A DNA stretch of 64,000 nt. Origin: an uncultured Chloroflexia bacterium. Lineage in GTDB: Bacteria; Chloroflexota; Limnocylindria; Limnocylindrales; CSP1-4. Location of the stretch: assembly GCA_963810285.1 (NCBI GenBank), contig CAWEMV010000002.1, positions 2,205,177 to 2,269,176 on the forward strand, in the 5' to 3' direction. Every line of letters begins with the position of its first letter. Position 1 is the first letter of the stretch. This document shows, in pieces, positions 26,298-34,855 of the stretch. The notes under the pieces were generated by a model, which did no database searches, had not been told where the DNA came from, and saw nothing but the letters and a program-made list of their open reading frames with translations. The position numbers and the translations under genes were made by a program.

Positions 26298-27698
26298 TCA
26301 GATGGCCCGAAGCGTCCTCGGTGGCCAGGTCCAGTCGACATCGAGGGTCGCGCCGGAGAGCGCCCGGCGCCGGCCCGTCTCGGTCGCCCCGAGGATCAGG
26401 ATCCGGTCGGTCTTCGTCGCCCGGCCGGCCTCATCGCCCCACAGCTTGGTCATCTTGCGGACCGCGGCCACGTCGTCGAGCGCGACGCCGGCCAGCCGGT
26501 AGCCCTCGGGTTCGGCGGCCTGCTCCCATGCCCGCTCGGCGAGGCCGATGCCACCGCGGATCCGCCGGCCACGGTCGGTCTCGACGTCGCCGATGACGAG
26601 GACGACGACCGCGTCGTCGGTCAGGACCTCACGCATGTCGGCGAGCACATCGCGCAGGAACGCGAGGTATGGCTCGCGGTGGTGGGCGTCGTCGAGCGTG
26701 GCGTCGATGGCCTTGGCATCGAAGCCCAGGAACCACGTGCGCAGCCAGTTGTAATAGCCGTACTTCACGACCCGCAGGTAGGGCGGCGACGTGACGACCA
26801 GGCGGGCTCGATCCGGTCGGCCACGGGCGCGCAGCGCGGCGCTCGCACGCCCCGCGACGTCGCGGGCGTCTCCGAGCAGGGCGATCCCCTCAGTGGCGGG
26901 GCCGGCCTGGCGGAACAGGCGGTCGATCTTCAGGCCGAGGCCGTCGAAGACATCCCGTCGCGGCGAGGCGAACTCCGTGCGCGCGGCGAAGTCGCGGACG
27001 TAGCGTGGCGCCATGCTGAACGTGTTGGGCATCAGCTCCGAGAGATAGCTCGCGCTCTTGCCGTGGAGGATCCCGGTGATGGCTGCGGCGAGGAACCGGT
27101 CGGTGCGATCGTCGAGCCGGAGGATGGTCCGGACGAGCAGGAGTTGGCCGAGGGTGTCCGGGTGGAACGCGAGCGCGACCTCGACCGGCACGGTCTCGGC
27201 CCCGACCGATGGCAACGTGCCGGAGCCGGCGGTCGGCACGAGCGTCGCGAGCGGATCGGCCGCGACGCGCCGGGCCAACCCCGTCCACGGCTCGGCGTCG
27301 GCGATCCACGCGAGGCGCAGCTGTGTCAGCCGCGTCATCGCCGCGGGACGTGTCGCCGCCTCGACCTTCGAGGCGGTCAGCAGGTGGGCGAACGGGTTGA
27401 GGTCGTTGCCGACACCGATCCGCCCCTCCGCGCACGCCTGCAGGGGCGTCGTGCCGCGACCGGAGAACGGATCGAGGACGACGTCACCCGGCCGCGAGTA
27501 GCGCGCGATGAACGCGTGGGCCAGCGTCGCCGGGAAGCTCGCGAGGTACGAGCACATCGGATGGAACGAGTGACCCCAGAGGCGCTGCTGGGCCTTCCAC
27601 TCGGGTTCGATCGCGATGGCCGGCAGCGAGACCGGGAGGTCGAGGGCGAGCTGCTGCGCGGGGGTGCGCATTCGCGCGCGGGTGGGTCCGACCGTCAT
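26298..27698 (-). CDS. DNA (N4-cytosine or N6-adenine) methyltransferase-like protein with motif I before motif IV (alpha-type order). No restriction partner was seen.
   Basis: Motif I is 'VVLDPFSGRGTTPLQACAEGRIGVGNDLNP'. About 240 aa later comes the catalytic motif 'LVVTSPPYLRVVKYGYYNW'. The start is the ATG at 27698, or 27671. Confidence 0.7.
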   Translation of the reverse strand: MTVGPTRARMRTPAQQLALDLPVSLPAIAIEPEWKAQQRLWGHSFHPMCSYLASFPATLAHAFIARYSRPGDVVLDPFSGRGTTPLQACAEGRIGVGNDLNPFAHLLTASKVEAATRPAAMTRLTQLRLAWIADAEPWTGLARRVAADPLATLVPTAGSGTLPSVGAETVPVEVALAFHPDTLGQLLLVRTILRLDDRTDRFLAAAITGILHGKSASYLSELMPNTFSMAPRYVRDFAARTEFASPRRDVFDGLGLKIDRLFRQAGPATEGIALLGDARDVAGRASAALRARGRPDRARLVVTSPPYLRVVKYGYYNWLRTWFLGFDAKAIDATLDDAHHREPYLAFLRDVLADMREVLTDDAVVVLVIGDVETDRGRRIRGGIGLAERAWEQAAEPEGYRLAGVALDDVAAVRKMTKLWGDEAGRATKTDRILILGATETGRRRALSGATLDVDWTWPPRTLRAI

Positions 27699-28094
27699 GG
27701 GCAGAACGGTCCTCTCTCGGTCGCACCGGTCCCGGCCGGCGCGGGTGGCGGAGTGTAGCACGCCGCTTTCGCCGTTCCGGGCGGTCGTTGGGTCGGCACG
27801 CGCTGGTCTCGTGGCGTACCCTACCGATGGGTCCGAGGAACACGCGGAATCGGGCGATGGTCCCGGACGCCAGGGAGACGGTCTCGGTCGACTCCGTGGC
27901 ATCCGGTCGGCGCTCGGTCTCGTCCCCACCGTCCGGCCATCGCCGGCGAAGGGGCCACCTCGGACCTTTCTCGTGCCGCTCGCGATCCCGCGGGCACGAG
28001 CAGACCCGGACCGCCAGGGGGACGGCGAGCCGGGTCTTGCGGGAGGATAGGGAAGCGGCGCCCCGACGGGGATACGGCGGAGTACCTATCGGGC

Positions 28095-29117
28095 TCAGTG
28101 GCAGTCCTGGTCGCCCGAGTCGCTATAGGTCTTCCCGGCCTCCGGCAGGAACTCCCACGAGTAGGCGTCCGGTTGGAGCGTCAGCTTCAGGACCCCGAAC
28201 GTGTCATCGTCGCCCGTCTCGGTGTTCGGGTGGGTCGCGCCCTCCGAGAACCTGTAATGGCTCCGGCCGCCCGTTCCGACCACGAACTGGCGGATGCCAG
28301 TCGCCAGGTCGACATCGCCGCTGGGCCGCATCGGCGCGAGCCGCTCGTATGCGTGGTTGTCCCCGCTCAGGACCATCTCGACACCGGCCGCGTCGAGCTC
28401 CTCCCAGAGCGGGCCGACCCGGGGTTCGTTCTCCTTGCGGCCCGAGCTGAATCGCGGGTTGTGGATGACTGCCAGTGAGCACGTCGCCGGGTGCGCCAGG
28501 AGCTCCGCCCGGAGCCAGGCGACCTGCGGTGAGCCTCCGTCGCAGCCCCCGATCCGGTCGCAGATCGAGTTGAGGACGATGACCCGCCACTGGCCGAGGT
28601 CGTAGGCATACCAGCCCATCGTCGGGTCGGTCGCGGTGGGCGCGTATGGCGCGAGGACCTCGCCGAAGTACCCGAAGTAGCCGGCCGCTCCCTCGGTCAT
28701 GTAGTCGTGTCCACCGAGGGCCGGGTGAGTGCGCTCGAGCGCGACGCCCCACGTGTCGTGGTAGCAGCCGAACTGGCGCGGTGTCCCCTTGTCGTAGGCG
28801 TTGTCCCCGAGCGTCTGCACCGTGGCGTCCGGGTGCTTGGCGAGGATCGCCGCAGTCGCTGTATCGCCCTCGTGGCTGCAGGCGGCGATATCCCCCGCGG
28901 CGAGGAGGACCGGATCCGGTCCTGCATCTGCGGAGGTGGTCGCGTCGGGAGACGGGACGCTGGTCGCCGAGGGCGGGATCGCGGTCTGTAACGGTGGCTC
29001 GCTCGACACGACCGTTCGACGCTCGGCCGCGGCGGGTTGGCCACAGGCGGCAGACACCAACACCAGGACGGCGGACAACGCCCACCGGCTCCGACCCGAC
29101 ACAGTCTTCCCCCTCAT
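28095..29117 (-). CDS. secreted/lipoprotein metallophosphoesterase (calcineurin-like)
   Basis: Lipobox LVLVSAAC. The metallophosphoesterase motifs AAGDIAAC, LGDNAYD, GGHDY, VIHNP and SGDNHAYER are present. The start is the ATG at 29117. The longer track ORF would abut the tRNA. Confidence 0.85.
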   Translation of the reverse strand: MRGKTVSGRSRWALSAVLVLVSAACGQPAAAERRTVVSSEPPLQTAIPPSATSVPSPDATTSADAGPDPVLLAAGDIAACSHEGDTATAAILAKHPDATVQTLGDNAYDKGTPRQFGCYHDTWGVALERTHPALGGHDYMTEGAAGYFGYFGEVLAPYAPTATDPTMGWYAYDLGQWRVIVLNSICDRIGGCDGGSPQVAWLRAELLAHPATCSLAVIHNPRFSSGRKENEPRVGPLWEELDAAGVEMVLSGDNHAYERLAPMRPSGDVDLATGIRQFVVGTGGRSHYRFSEGATHPNTETGDDDTFGVLKLTLQPDAYSWEFLPEAGKTYSDSGDQDCH

Positions 29118-29279
29118 CGCGTGTCCCGATGGCCCCCGCAGCCCCCCGGCAGCGTCATGGTCGAGATCCATCGGGGCGACGCGTGTGCGGATGGTACGGC
29201 AGGTCATTGCGGATGTCGCTACCGAATTTATCGAGGTGCGACGAGTGTCGGGTAGTGTGCGCAATGCATCCGAAACCAC

Positions 29280-29355
29280 GTCCCCGTAGCTCAGTGGACA
29301 GAGCAGGCGCCTTCTAAGCGCAAGGTCGCAGGTTCGAATCCTGCCGGGGACGCCA
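29280..29355 (+). tRNA. tRNA-Arg (anticodon TCT), CCA encoded
   Basis: Folded by hand. Acceptor stem GTCCCCG/CGGGGAC, D arm GCTC-AGTGGACA-GAGC, anticodon loop CT-TCT-AA, T arm GCAGG-TTCGAAT-CCTGC, discriminator G, then CCA. Confidence 0.9.
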
Positions 29356-29368
29356 CCGCGCCCGCGCG

Positions 29369-29566
29369 TCAGTCGAGGAGCGTGTGCTGGATCGTCCGCG
29401 GCAGGAGCGGCTGGCGCTCCATCCCTGCCGCATCGGGGCCGCCCGCACGGGACGACCGGGTCAGGAGCGGCAGGTCCTCCAGGCGCAGGTCGTAGAACGA
29501 GATCGACAGGAAGAAGGCGGCGCTCAGCCCGATCAGCGCCGACATGAATGCGATCACGAGTTCCAT
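29369..29566 (-). CDS. possible small single-TM protein (65 aa)
   Basis: MELVIAFMSALIGLSAAFFLSISFYDL... has a hydrophobic N-terminus. There is no convincing RBS. It is the only plausible ORF in the 340-nt gap after the tRNA-Arg. Confidence 0.3.
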   Translation of the reverse strand: MELVIAFMSALIGLSAAFFLSISFYDLRLEDLPLLTRSSRAGGPDAAGMERQPLLPRTIQHTLLD

Positions 29567-29694
29567 GTCGTCACGCTACGCCCGGATCCGCCGGAAGCGA
29601 GCGGGCTGTTCGTACTCCCTGCCATGGGAGATGCGGCGGGACCCTCGCCTGCCCATGGCGAGGGTCCCGGCCGGAGCGGATGCAGGCGAGGGTC

Positions 29695-30768
29695 CTAGGC
29701 GGTGGGGATCCCGAGCCCGTCGAGGTCGAGTTCGAGGTCGAGGTCGTCCGGCGCGAAGAACCCGGACGAGCCGGTGCCCGGCGAGGCCGCCGGGGCCTCG
29801 TCGCCGTTGCCGCCTCGGCCGAAGCCGCGCAGCTTGCCGGCCCCCACGACGTCGGCGTCGATCGAGCCGTCGGCTCGCGCCCGCCCGGTGACGCCGATCA
29901 CCATGTCGACCGCGACGTCAGCGAGGGTCGCGTCCTCGACGCCACGCACGCGGTAGGTCGTGTCGGCATCGACATGGATCGTCATGCTGGTGCCGTCGCG
30001 CCGCTTGATCGTGATCGTGTCGGCCGTCTTCGCCGTCACGGTCCCGACGGCTCGGTCGCCCGCCACGCGCACGGTGATCGCGGTGATCTGGTTGTCGCCC
30101 GTCACCGTGCCGGACACGCGGACCGTCCCGCCCTCCTTCACGTCGGCGAGCGAGCCCGTGCCCTGGCCGTACTGGTAGGCGGTCGAGCCGTTGACCGTGA
30201 CCGTCCAGACCGAGCCGTCGCGGGTCGTGACCTTGAAGCTGCTCGACGTGATCGCGCTGGCCTCGCCGCGGATCGACGGGACGACGACCGCGACGGCGGT
30301 GACCGTGTAGGTGCCGTCATCGTTGCGGGTCTGGCGGAAGCGAACCTGGTCCCCGACGTTGAGCGCCGAGACCTCGACCGGCTGGCCGCCCTTGGTCAGC
30401 TCGACCGAGCTGGTGATCGTGATGGTCCGGCGCCAGCCGTCGGCGGTCTGGAGCGTGATGTCGTTGCCGCTGACCGCGGCGATGGTGATCTCGCCGAAGC
30501 CGCTCCGTCCGAAGCGGCCGGCACCCGGATCGGCGTTCGCGCCGTCGTCGGGGACGACGCCGACCGCCGCGGCCGCCGGCCCGCTCGGGCCGGATGGTGC
30601 GGACGAGGCGGCGAACGACGTCGCCGCTGCGGCGACGATCAGGAGGAGCGCCGCTCCCAGGACGAGCACGACGCGTAGGCGATTCGGTGCGCCGGTCGAC
30701 GCCGAGAAGGCGGGCCCCGTGACCGGCGGTGTGGTCGGATCCGTTGTCATCGATGTCTCCTGCGGCAT
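29695..30768 (-). CDS. secreted protein with three DUF5666-like beta-domain repeats
   Basis: TM/signal segment RLRVVLVLGAALLLIVAAAATSFA. Three repeats of about 70 aa: ITIAAVSGNDITLQTADGWRRTITITSS..., AITSSSFKVTTRDGSVWTVTVNGST... and VTAKTADTITIKRRDGTSMTIHVDADT... The tail DDLDLELDLDGLGIPTA is acidic. The start is 30768, or 30750. Confidence 0.7.
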   Translation of the reverse strand: MPQETSMTTDPTTPPVTGPAFSASTGAPNRLRVVLVLGAALLLIVAAAATSFAASSAPSGPSGPAAAAVGVVPDDGANADPGAGRFGRSGFGEITIAAVSGNDITLQTADGWRRTITITSSVELTKGGQPVEVSALNVGDQVRFRQTRNDDGTYTVTAVAVVVPSIRGEASAITSSSFKVTTRDGSVWTVTVNGSTAYQYGQGTGSLADVKEGGTVRVSGTVTGDNQITAITVRVAGDRAVGTVTAKTADTITIKRRDGTSMTIHVDADTTYRVRGVEDATLADVAVDMVIGVTGRARADGSIDADVVGAGKLRGFGRGGNGDEAPAASPGTGSSGFFAPDDLDLELDLDGLGIPTA

Positions 30769-30801
30769 GCGCGCTCCAGCCGGAGTGCGTCGACGCTCGC
30801 G

Positions 30802-31542
30802 ATGGTCGATATCGTTCCTGAGTCGGTTCTGAGAATCCAGCGTTGCGATACTGCAGCGGTGACGGATGGCACCGACAAGTTGCTCGCGCTGATCCCGGCC
30901 TACCTGGAGGGGCCGCGCATCGCGGCGGTCGTCGAGGCCGCCCGCGCCCACCTGCCGGTGCTCGTCGTCGACGACGGATCCACCGACGACACCGCGGCGC
31001 GAGCCGAGTCGGCCGGCGCCACCGTGCTGCGCCAGCTCCCCAACGCCGGCAAGGGCGCCGCACTCCGGGCCGGCTTCGCGCATGCGCTCGCCGAGGGCGC
31101 CGCCGCGGTCGTGACACTCGACGCCGACGGCCAGCACGACCCGTCCGAGATCCCATCGTTCGTCGAGGTATTCGGGGCCCGGCGCCCCGAGCTCATCGTC
31201 GGCCAGCGTGACTTCTCGGAGATGCCCGTGGTCCGCCGGCTTGCCAACACGCTTGGCGGGGCGACGCTGTCGGTCGCGCTCGGGCGAGGCGTGCCGGACA
31301 ACCAGTCGGGCTACCGGCTCATCGGGCGACAGCTCATGAAGGCGATGCTCGACAGCGACGAGTCCGGCTTCGAGTTCGAGGTCGAGATGATCGCGCGGTG
31401 CATCGCGCTCGGCCTGCCGATCGAATGGGTGCCGATCCGCACGATCTATGCCGGCGAGCCCAGCCACATCCGGCCGTGGGCGCATCTCACCGAGTTCCTG
31501 CGGGTGACGCGCAAGGCACGCCGGATCGCCCGCGGCGACTAG
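30802..31542 (+). CDS. family 2 glycosyltransferase
   Basis: 'LIPAYLEGPRI...VLVVDDGSTDDT', 'NAGKGAALRAGF' and 'TLDADGQHDP' are present. An alternative GTG start at 30859 would leave more room for the divergent promoter. Confidence 0.85.
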   Translation: MVDIVPESVLRIQRCDTAAVTDGTDKLLALIPAYLEGPRIAAVVEAARAHLPVLVVDDGSTDDTAARAESAGATVLRQLPNAGKGAALRAGFAHALAEGAAAVVTLDADGQHDPSEIPSFVEVFGARRPELIVGQRDFSEMPVVRRLANTLGGATLSVALGRGVPDNQSGYRLIGRQLMKAMLDSDESGFEFEVEMIARCIALGLPIEWVPIRTIYAGEPSHIRPWAHLTEFLRVTRKARRIARGD

Positions 31543-33560
31543 CGCGGCGCGGTCTCGGGATCCTCGCGCCGATACGGGACATTCACGATCACCGTGTGCG
31601 GTCGCCCAAGGAGCATCGAGCGGAGCCGCTTCGCCGACTGGTTGTACAGCATCCGCTCCCACCAGCTCTTGGCCACGTATTCCGGGATGACGACGAACGT
31701 GATCGGCTCGGGCTTGTCGGGCGGCCAGGCCAGGTCGAGCACATCGAGGTAGGCCAGCAGGGGCCCGGCCAGCGCGCGATACGGCGACTCGACGACCACG
31801 AGCGGCACGCCCGGGACCTGCCGCTCGAAATCCTCGCGCACGCGTGCGGCGTCCTCGGGATCGTCAGAGATGAAGACCGCCCGAACGTCGTCGTCGATCG
31901 AGCGCGCCACGTTGATCGCCTGGACAGTGGCTCGGTCGAGACCGGGGATCGGCACGACCACGCGTTCCTCACGGATCGGCGGCGGGACGACCGTGTCGGA
32001 TCGCACTGCGAGCGCCCGCCTGGATTGCGTGTACTGGCGGGCGATGAACAGCATCATCGCGACCAGCAAGGGAACGAGGATGACCACGAGGTAGGCGCCG
32101 TCGGCGAACTTCTCGAACACGACGATGCCGAGCACGACCGCGGTCAGCACGCCACCCCCGGCATTGATCAGCAACCGCCAACGCCAGCCCGCCTCCCGGA
32201 CGCGCACCCAGTGGCGGACCATGCCCGCCTGGCTGAGCGTGAAGCACAGGAACACGCCGACCGAGTAGAGCGGGATCAGCGCATGCGTGTCGCCATCGAA
32301 CGCCCACAGCAGCCCGAACGCGATGGCCGCCAGCAGCACGATGCCCCACGAGAAGGCGAGCCGGTCGCCGCGGAACGCGAACTGGCGCGGCATGTAGCCG
32401 TCCTCGGCGAGGATCGCCGCGAGGCGCGGGAAGGCGTTGAAGCTGGTGTTCGCGGCGAGGAACAGGATGAGCGCGGTCGAGACCGCAAAGACGACCGACA
32501 GCGCGGAACCCTCGCCGAACGCCGCCCACGACGCCATCGCGACGATCGACGGGCCACCTGCCTCCGTCGGCTGGAGGCCATATGCGACGGCCACGATCGT
32601 CAGGCCGACGAAGAGGATCGCCAGCAGCACCGCCATGACCGTCATCGTGTTCGCGGCGTTCCTCGACTCGGGCGGCTTGAATGCGGGCACGCCATTGGCG
32701 ATCGCCTCCACGCCGGTCAGTGCCACCGACCCGCCGGCGAACGCCTTGAGCAGGAGCAGGACCCCGAGCGCCTCGGTGCCGAACGGGACCGCGTCCGGCT
32801 GCGGCGGCAGGGGCTCGGCCGTCCCGGTCACGATCCGCCAGCCGCCGATCGCCACGATGGCCAGGGCGAGGCCGACGAACAGGTAGGTCGGGACGGCGAA
32901 GATGTTGCCGCTCTCGCGCAGGCCACGCAGGTTCGCGATCGTGATCAGCCCGATCGAGACGAACGCGATCCAGATGCGCAGGTCATAGGCGGCCGGCACG
33001 ATGGACTGGATCTGGGCGATGGCGGACGCCGTCGACACCGCCACCGTCATGACGTAGTCGATGAGCAGCGACGCCGCCGCGATCAGGCCGAAGATCGGAG
33101 CGAGGTTGGTCCGTGCCACGACATAGGCGCCACCGCCGTTGGGGTATGCCCGGCACACCTGTCGATACGACAGCGACACCACCGCCAACAGGATCGCGAT
33201 TGCGATCGCGACCTCGACCGAGAGGAGCATCGCCGCGGCGCCACCGACGATGAGCACCCGCAGGATCTCCTCGGTCGCGTACGCCGACGATGAGATGGCG
33301 TCCGAGCTGAAGATGGCCAGGGCCTTCTTCTTGCTCAGCCGCTCCTCGAGCTCGGCCTCGCTGGCGAGCGGGCGTCCGAAGACGACCGCGCGAGCCCTCG
33401 CCATCGCCCGGCCGAGGGGGGTACGTGGCAGCGACGCGGCCTCGCGCGCGACGAGCTGCCCGGGACCCGCGTAGCGGAAGTACGGCGCATGTGGACGCTC
33501 GACCCGGATGCGCCGATCACCGGCCTTGCGGCCGGTGAGCGGGCGTCGTCCGCCGATCAC
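31539..33560 (-). CDS. APC superfamily (amino acid/polyamine/organocation) permease with a C-terminal cytoplasmic domain
   Basis: 'LAIFSSDAISSSAYATEEIL', 'YPNGGGAYVVA' and about 12 TM segments, followed by a soluble C-terminal domain of about 170 aa. It has a GTG start. Its stop overlaps the GT2 stop (convergent, 4 nt). Confidence 0.85.
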   Translation of the reverse strand: MIGGRRPLTGRKAGDRRIRVERPHAPYFRYAGPGQLVAREAASLPRTPLGRAMARARAVVFGRPLASEAELEERLSKKKALAIFSSDAISSSAYATEEILRVLIVGGAAAMLLSVEVAIAIAILLAVVSLSYRQVCRAYPNGGGAYVVARTNLAPIFGLIAAASLLIDYVMTVAVSTASAIAQIQSIVPAAYDLRIWIAFVSIGLITIANLRGLRESGNIFAVPTYLFVGLALAIVAIGGWRIVTGTAEPLPPQPDAVPFGTEALGVLLLLKAFAGGSVALTGVEAIANGVPAFKPPESRNAANTMTVMAVLLAILFVGLTIVAVAYGLQPTEAGGPSIVAMASWAAFGEGSALSVVFAVSTALILFLAANTSFNAFPRLAAILAEDGYMPRQFAFRGDRLAFSWGIVLLAAIAFGLLWAFDGDTHALIPLYSVGVFLCFTLSQAGMVRHWVRVREAGWRWRLLINAGGGVLTAVVLGIVVFEKFADGAYLVVILVPLLVAMMLFIARQYTQSRRALAVRSDTVVPPPIREERVVVPIPGLDRATVQAINVARSIDDDVRAVFISDDPEDAARVREDFERQVPGVPLVVVESPYRALAGPLLAYLDVLDLAWPPDKPEPITFVVIPEYVAKSWWERMLYNQSAKRLRSMLLGRPHTVIVNVPYRREDPETAPR

Positions 33561-33776
33561 GGAAGGGCCACTCGGGCGCTCGATGGTGCGGATCGAGTTG
33601 AATACGCGGTCGGTGATGGCACGCGCCTACGCTGCCACGTCACATGTCCGGCGATGTCGACGCGGCCCGCGCCGCCCGCTCAAAGATCGCTCTGCTCGAT
33701 CGCTCGTACCGCGATCGAGCTAGAGCCGCCTCGCTCGTTCGTCGGGGCGGCCGACGGAGTGGACCTCGTGACCATC

Positions 33777-34073
33777 CTAGCCGGCCGGAGCGGTGGATCG
33801 GACCCGCTCGTGGATGACGTCTGGCGTGTGGCTATCCCTGCGGTCGAACGTGAGTCCGATCGACCCCAGCCGCTCGACCCGGAAACCGATGCCGGCGGCC
33901 TGCGCGCGGGCCAGCGCGACCGGGGCGACCTCGTCGGGAGCATGCAGACCGACGAGCCGCACGCGCACGGCGGCGCCCCGCGAGATCATAGCGATGGCGG
34001 TGTCGACCTCGCGGAGGTCGACGTCCACCAGGTCCTCGGCGGAAGGCAGCACGGAGAGGTCGGGACGATCCAC
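33777..34073 (-). CDS. hypothetical protein (98 aa)
   Basis: It has a GTG start, strongly GC3-biased codons and ordinary composition (…VDLREVDTAIAMISRGAAVRVRLVGLHAPDEVAPVALARAQAAGIGFRVERLG…). It lies 68 nt downstream of the response regulator on the same strand. Confidence 0.45.
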   Translation of the reverse strand: MDRPDLSVLPSAEDLVDVDLREVDTAIAMISRGAAVRVRLVGLHAPDEVAPVALARAQAAGIGFRVERLGSIGLTFDRRDSHTPDVIHERVRSTAPAG

Positions 34074-34141
34074 GGATCCAACGTACGCCGTGCGCCAAGA
34101 AGGAACTGGCGTCGCGACCCGCGCGGACCCTCAAACCTCGC

Positions 34142-34855
34142 TCAACGCCCGGCCGACGGGTCCCCGATGCGGTAGCCGATGCCCGGCTCGGCCGTGATGA
34201 GGGCCGCCGCGGCCCCGCTGGGATCCGCCGCGCCCAGCTTGCGTCGGAGGCGGGACACGTACACGTGGAGATAGTGGGCCTCGTCCGCGTACGCCGTGCC
34301 CCACACGGCGCGCAGCAGGCGTCCCTTCGTGAGCAGGCGTCCCGGTCGGGCGACCATGACCTTGAGGAGCTCGTACTCCCGCGGCGTCAGGTCGACCGGT
34401 GTCCCGTCGACCGTGACCCGGTGCGCCGCGACGTCCATGGCGATCGGGCCGAGCCGGACGACGCCCTGCGTGTCCGCCGCGGGCCCGGCGGCCCGGCGGA
34501 GGACCGCCCCGATCCGTGCCCGGAGCTCGTCCATGCCGAACGGCTTCGTGACGTAGTCGTCGGCACCGGCCTCGAGCGATGCCACCTTGACCCGCTCGTC
34601 GGTCCGGGCCGACAGGATGAGGATGGGGGTCGTGGCGTCCCGCCGGACGTGGCGCACGACGGCGCTGCCGTCGAGGTCGGGCAGCCCGAGATCCAAAAGG
34701 ATGAGGTCGGGCCGCTCCGCGTCCCAGCGGCGCAGCGCGTCCGCGACGTCGCCGCTCTGCGTCACGCGGAAGCCGTGGGCCTCGAGGTTGCGCGCCACGG
34801 CGTCGCGGGTCGCCGTGTCGTCCTCGACCAGGAGGATCCGGGCCGCCGAGGTCAC
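34142..34855 (-). CDS. OmpR/KdpE-type response regulator
   Basis: The receiver motifs ILLVEDD, DLILLDLGLPDLDG and DDYVTKPF are present, with a winged-helix C-terminus 'LTPREYELLKVMVARPGRLLTKGRLL...YVSRLRRKL'. The GTG at 34855 overlaps the kinase stop (GTGA). Confidence 0.9.
   Translation of the reverse strand: MTSAARILLVEDDTATRDAVARNLEAHGFRVTQSGDVADALRRWDAERPDLILLDLGLPDLDGSAVVRHVRRDATTPILILSARTDERVKVASLEAGADDYVTKPFGMDELRARIGAVLRRAAGPAADTQGVVRLGPIAMDVAAHRVTVDGTPVDLTPREYELLKVMVARPGRLLTKGRLLRAVWGTAYADEAHYLHVYVSRLRRKLGAADPSGAAAALITAEPGIGYRIGDPSAGR

Noticed and set aside
26298-29117. A restriction-modification or other defence system around the DNA methyltransferase.
   Set aside because: The flanking ORFs are a secreted metallophosphoesterase with a lipobox and the TPM/PspA module. 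Nothing resembles an endonuclease, helicase, specificity subunit or ATPase.
11787-29279. The interval bounded by tRNA-Glu and tRNA-Arg as a possible integrated genomic island.
   Set aside because: I saw no integrase, recombinase, transposase, conjugation or phage genes. I found no long direct repeat of either tRNA 3' end at a distant boundary. The gene content is ordinary metabolic and envelope functions with the same GC-rich codon style as the flanks.
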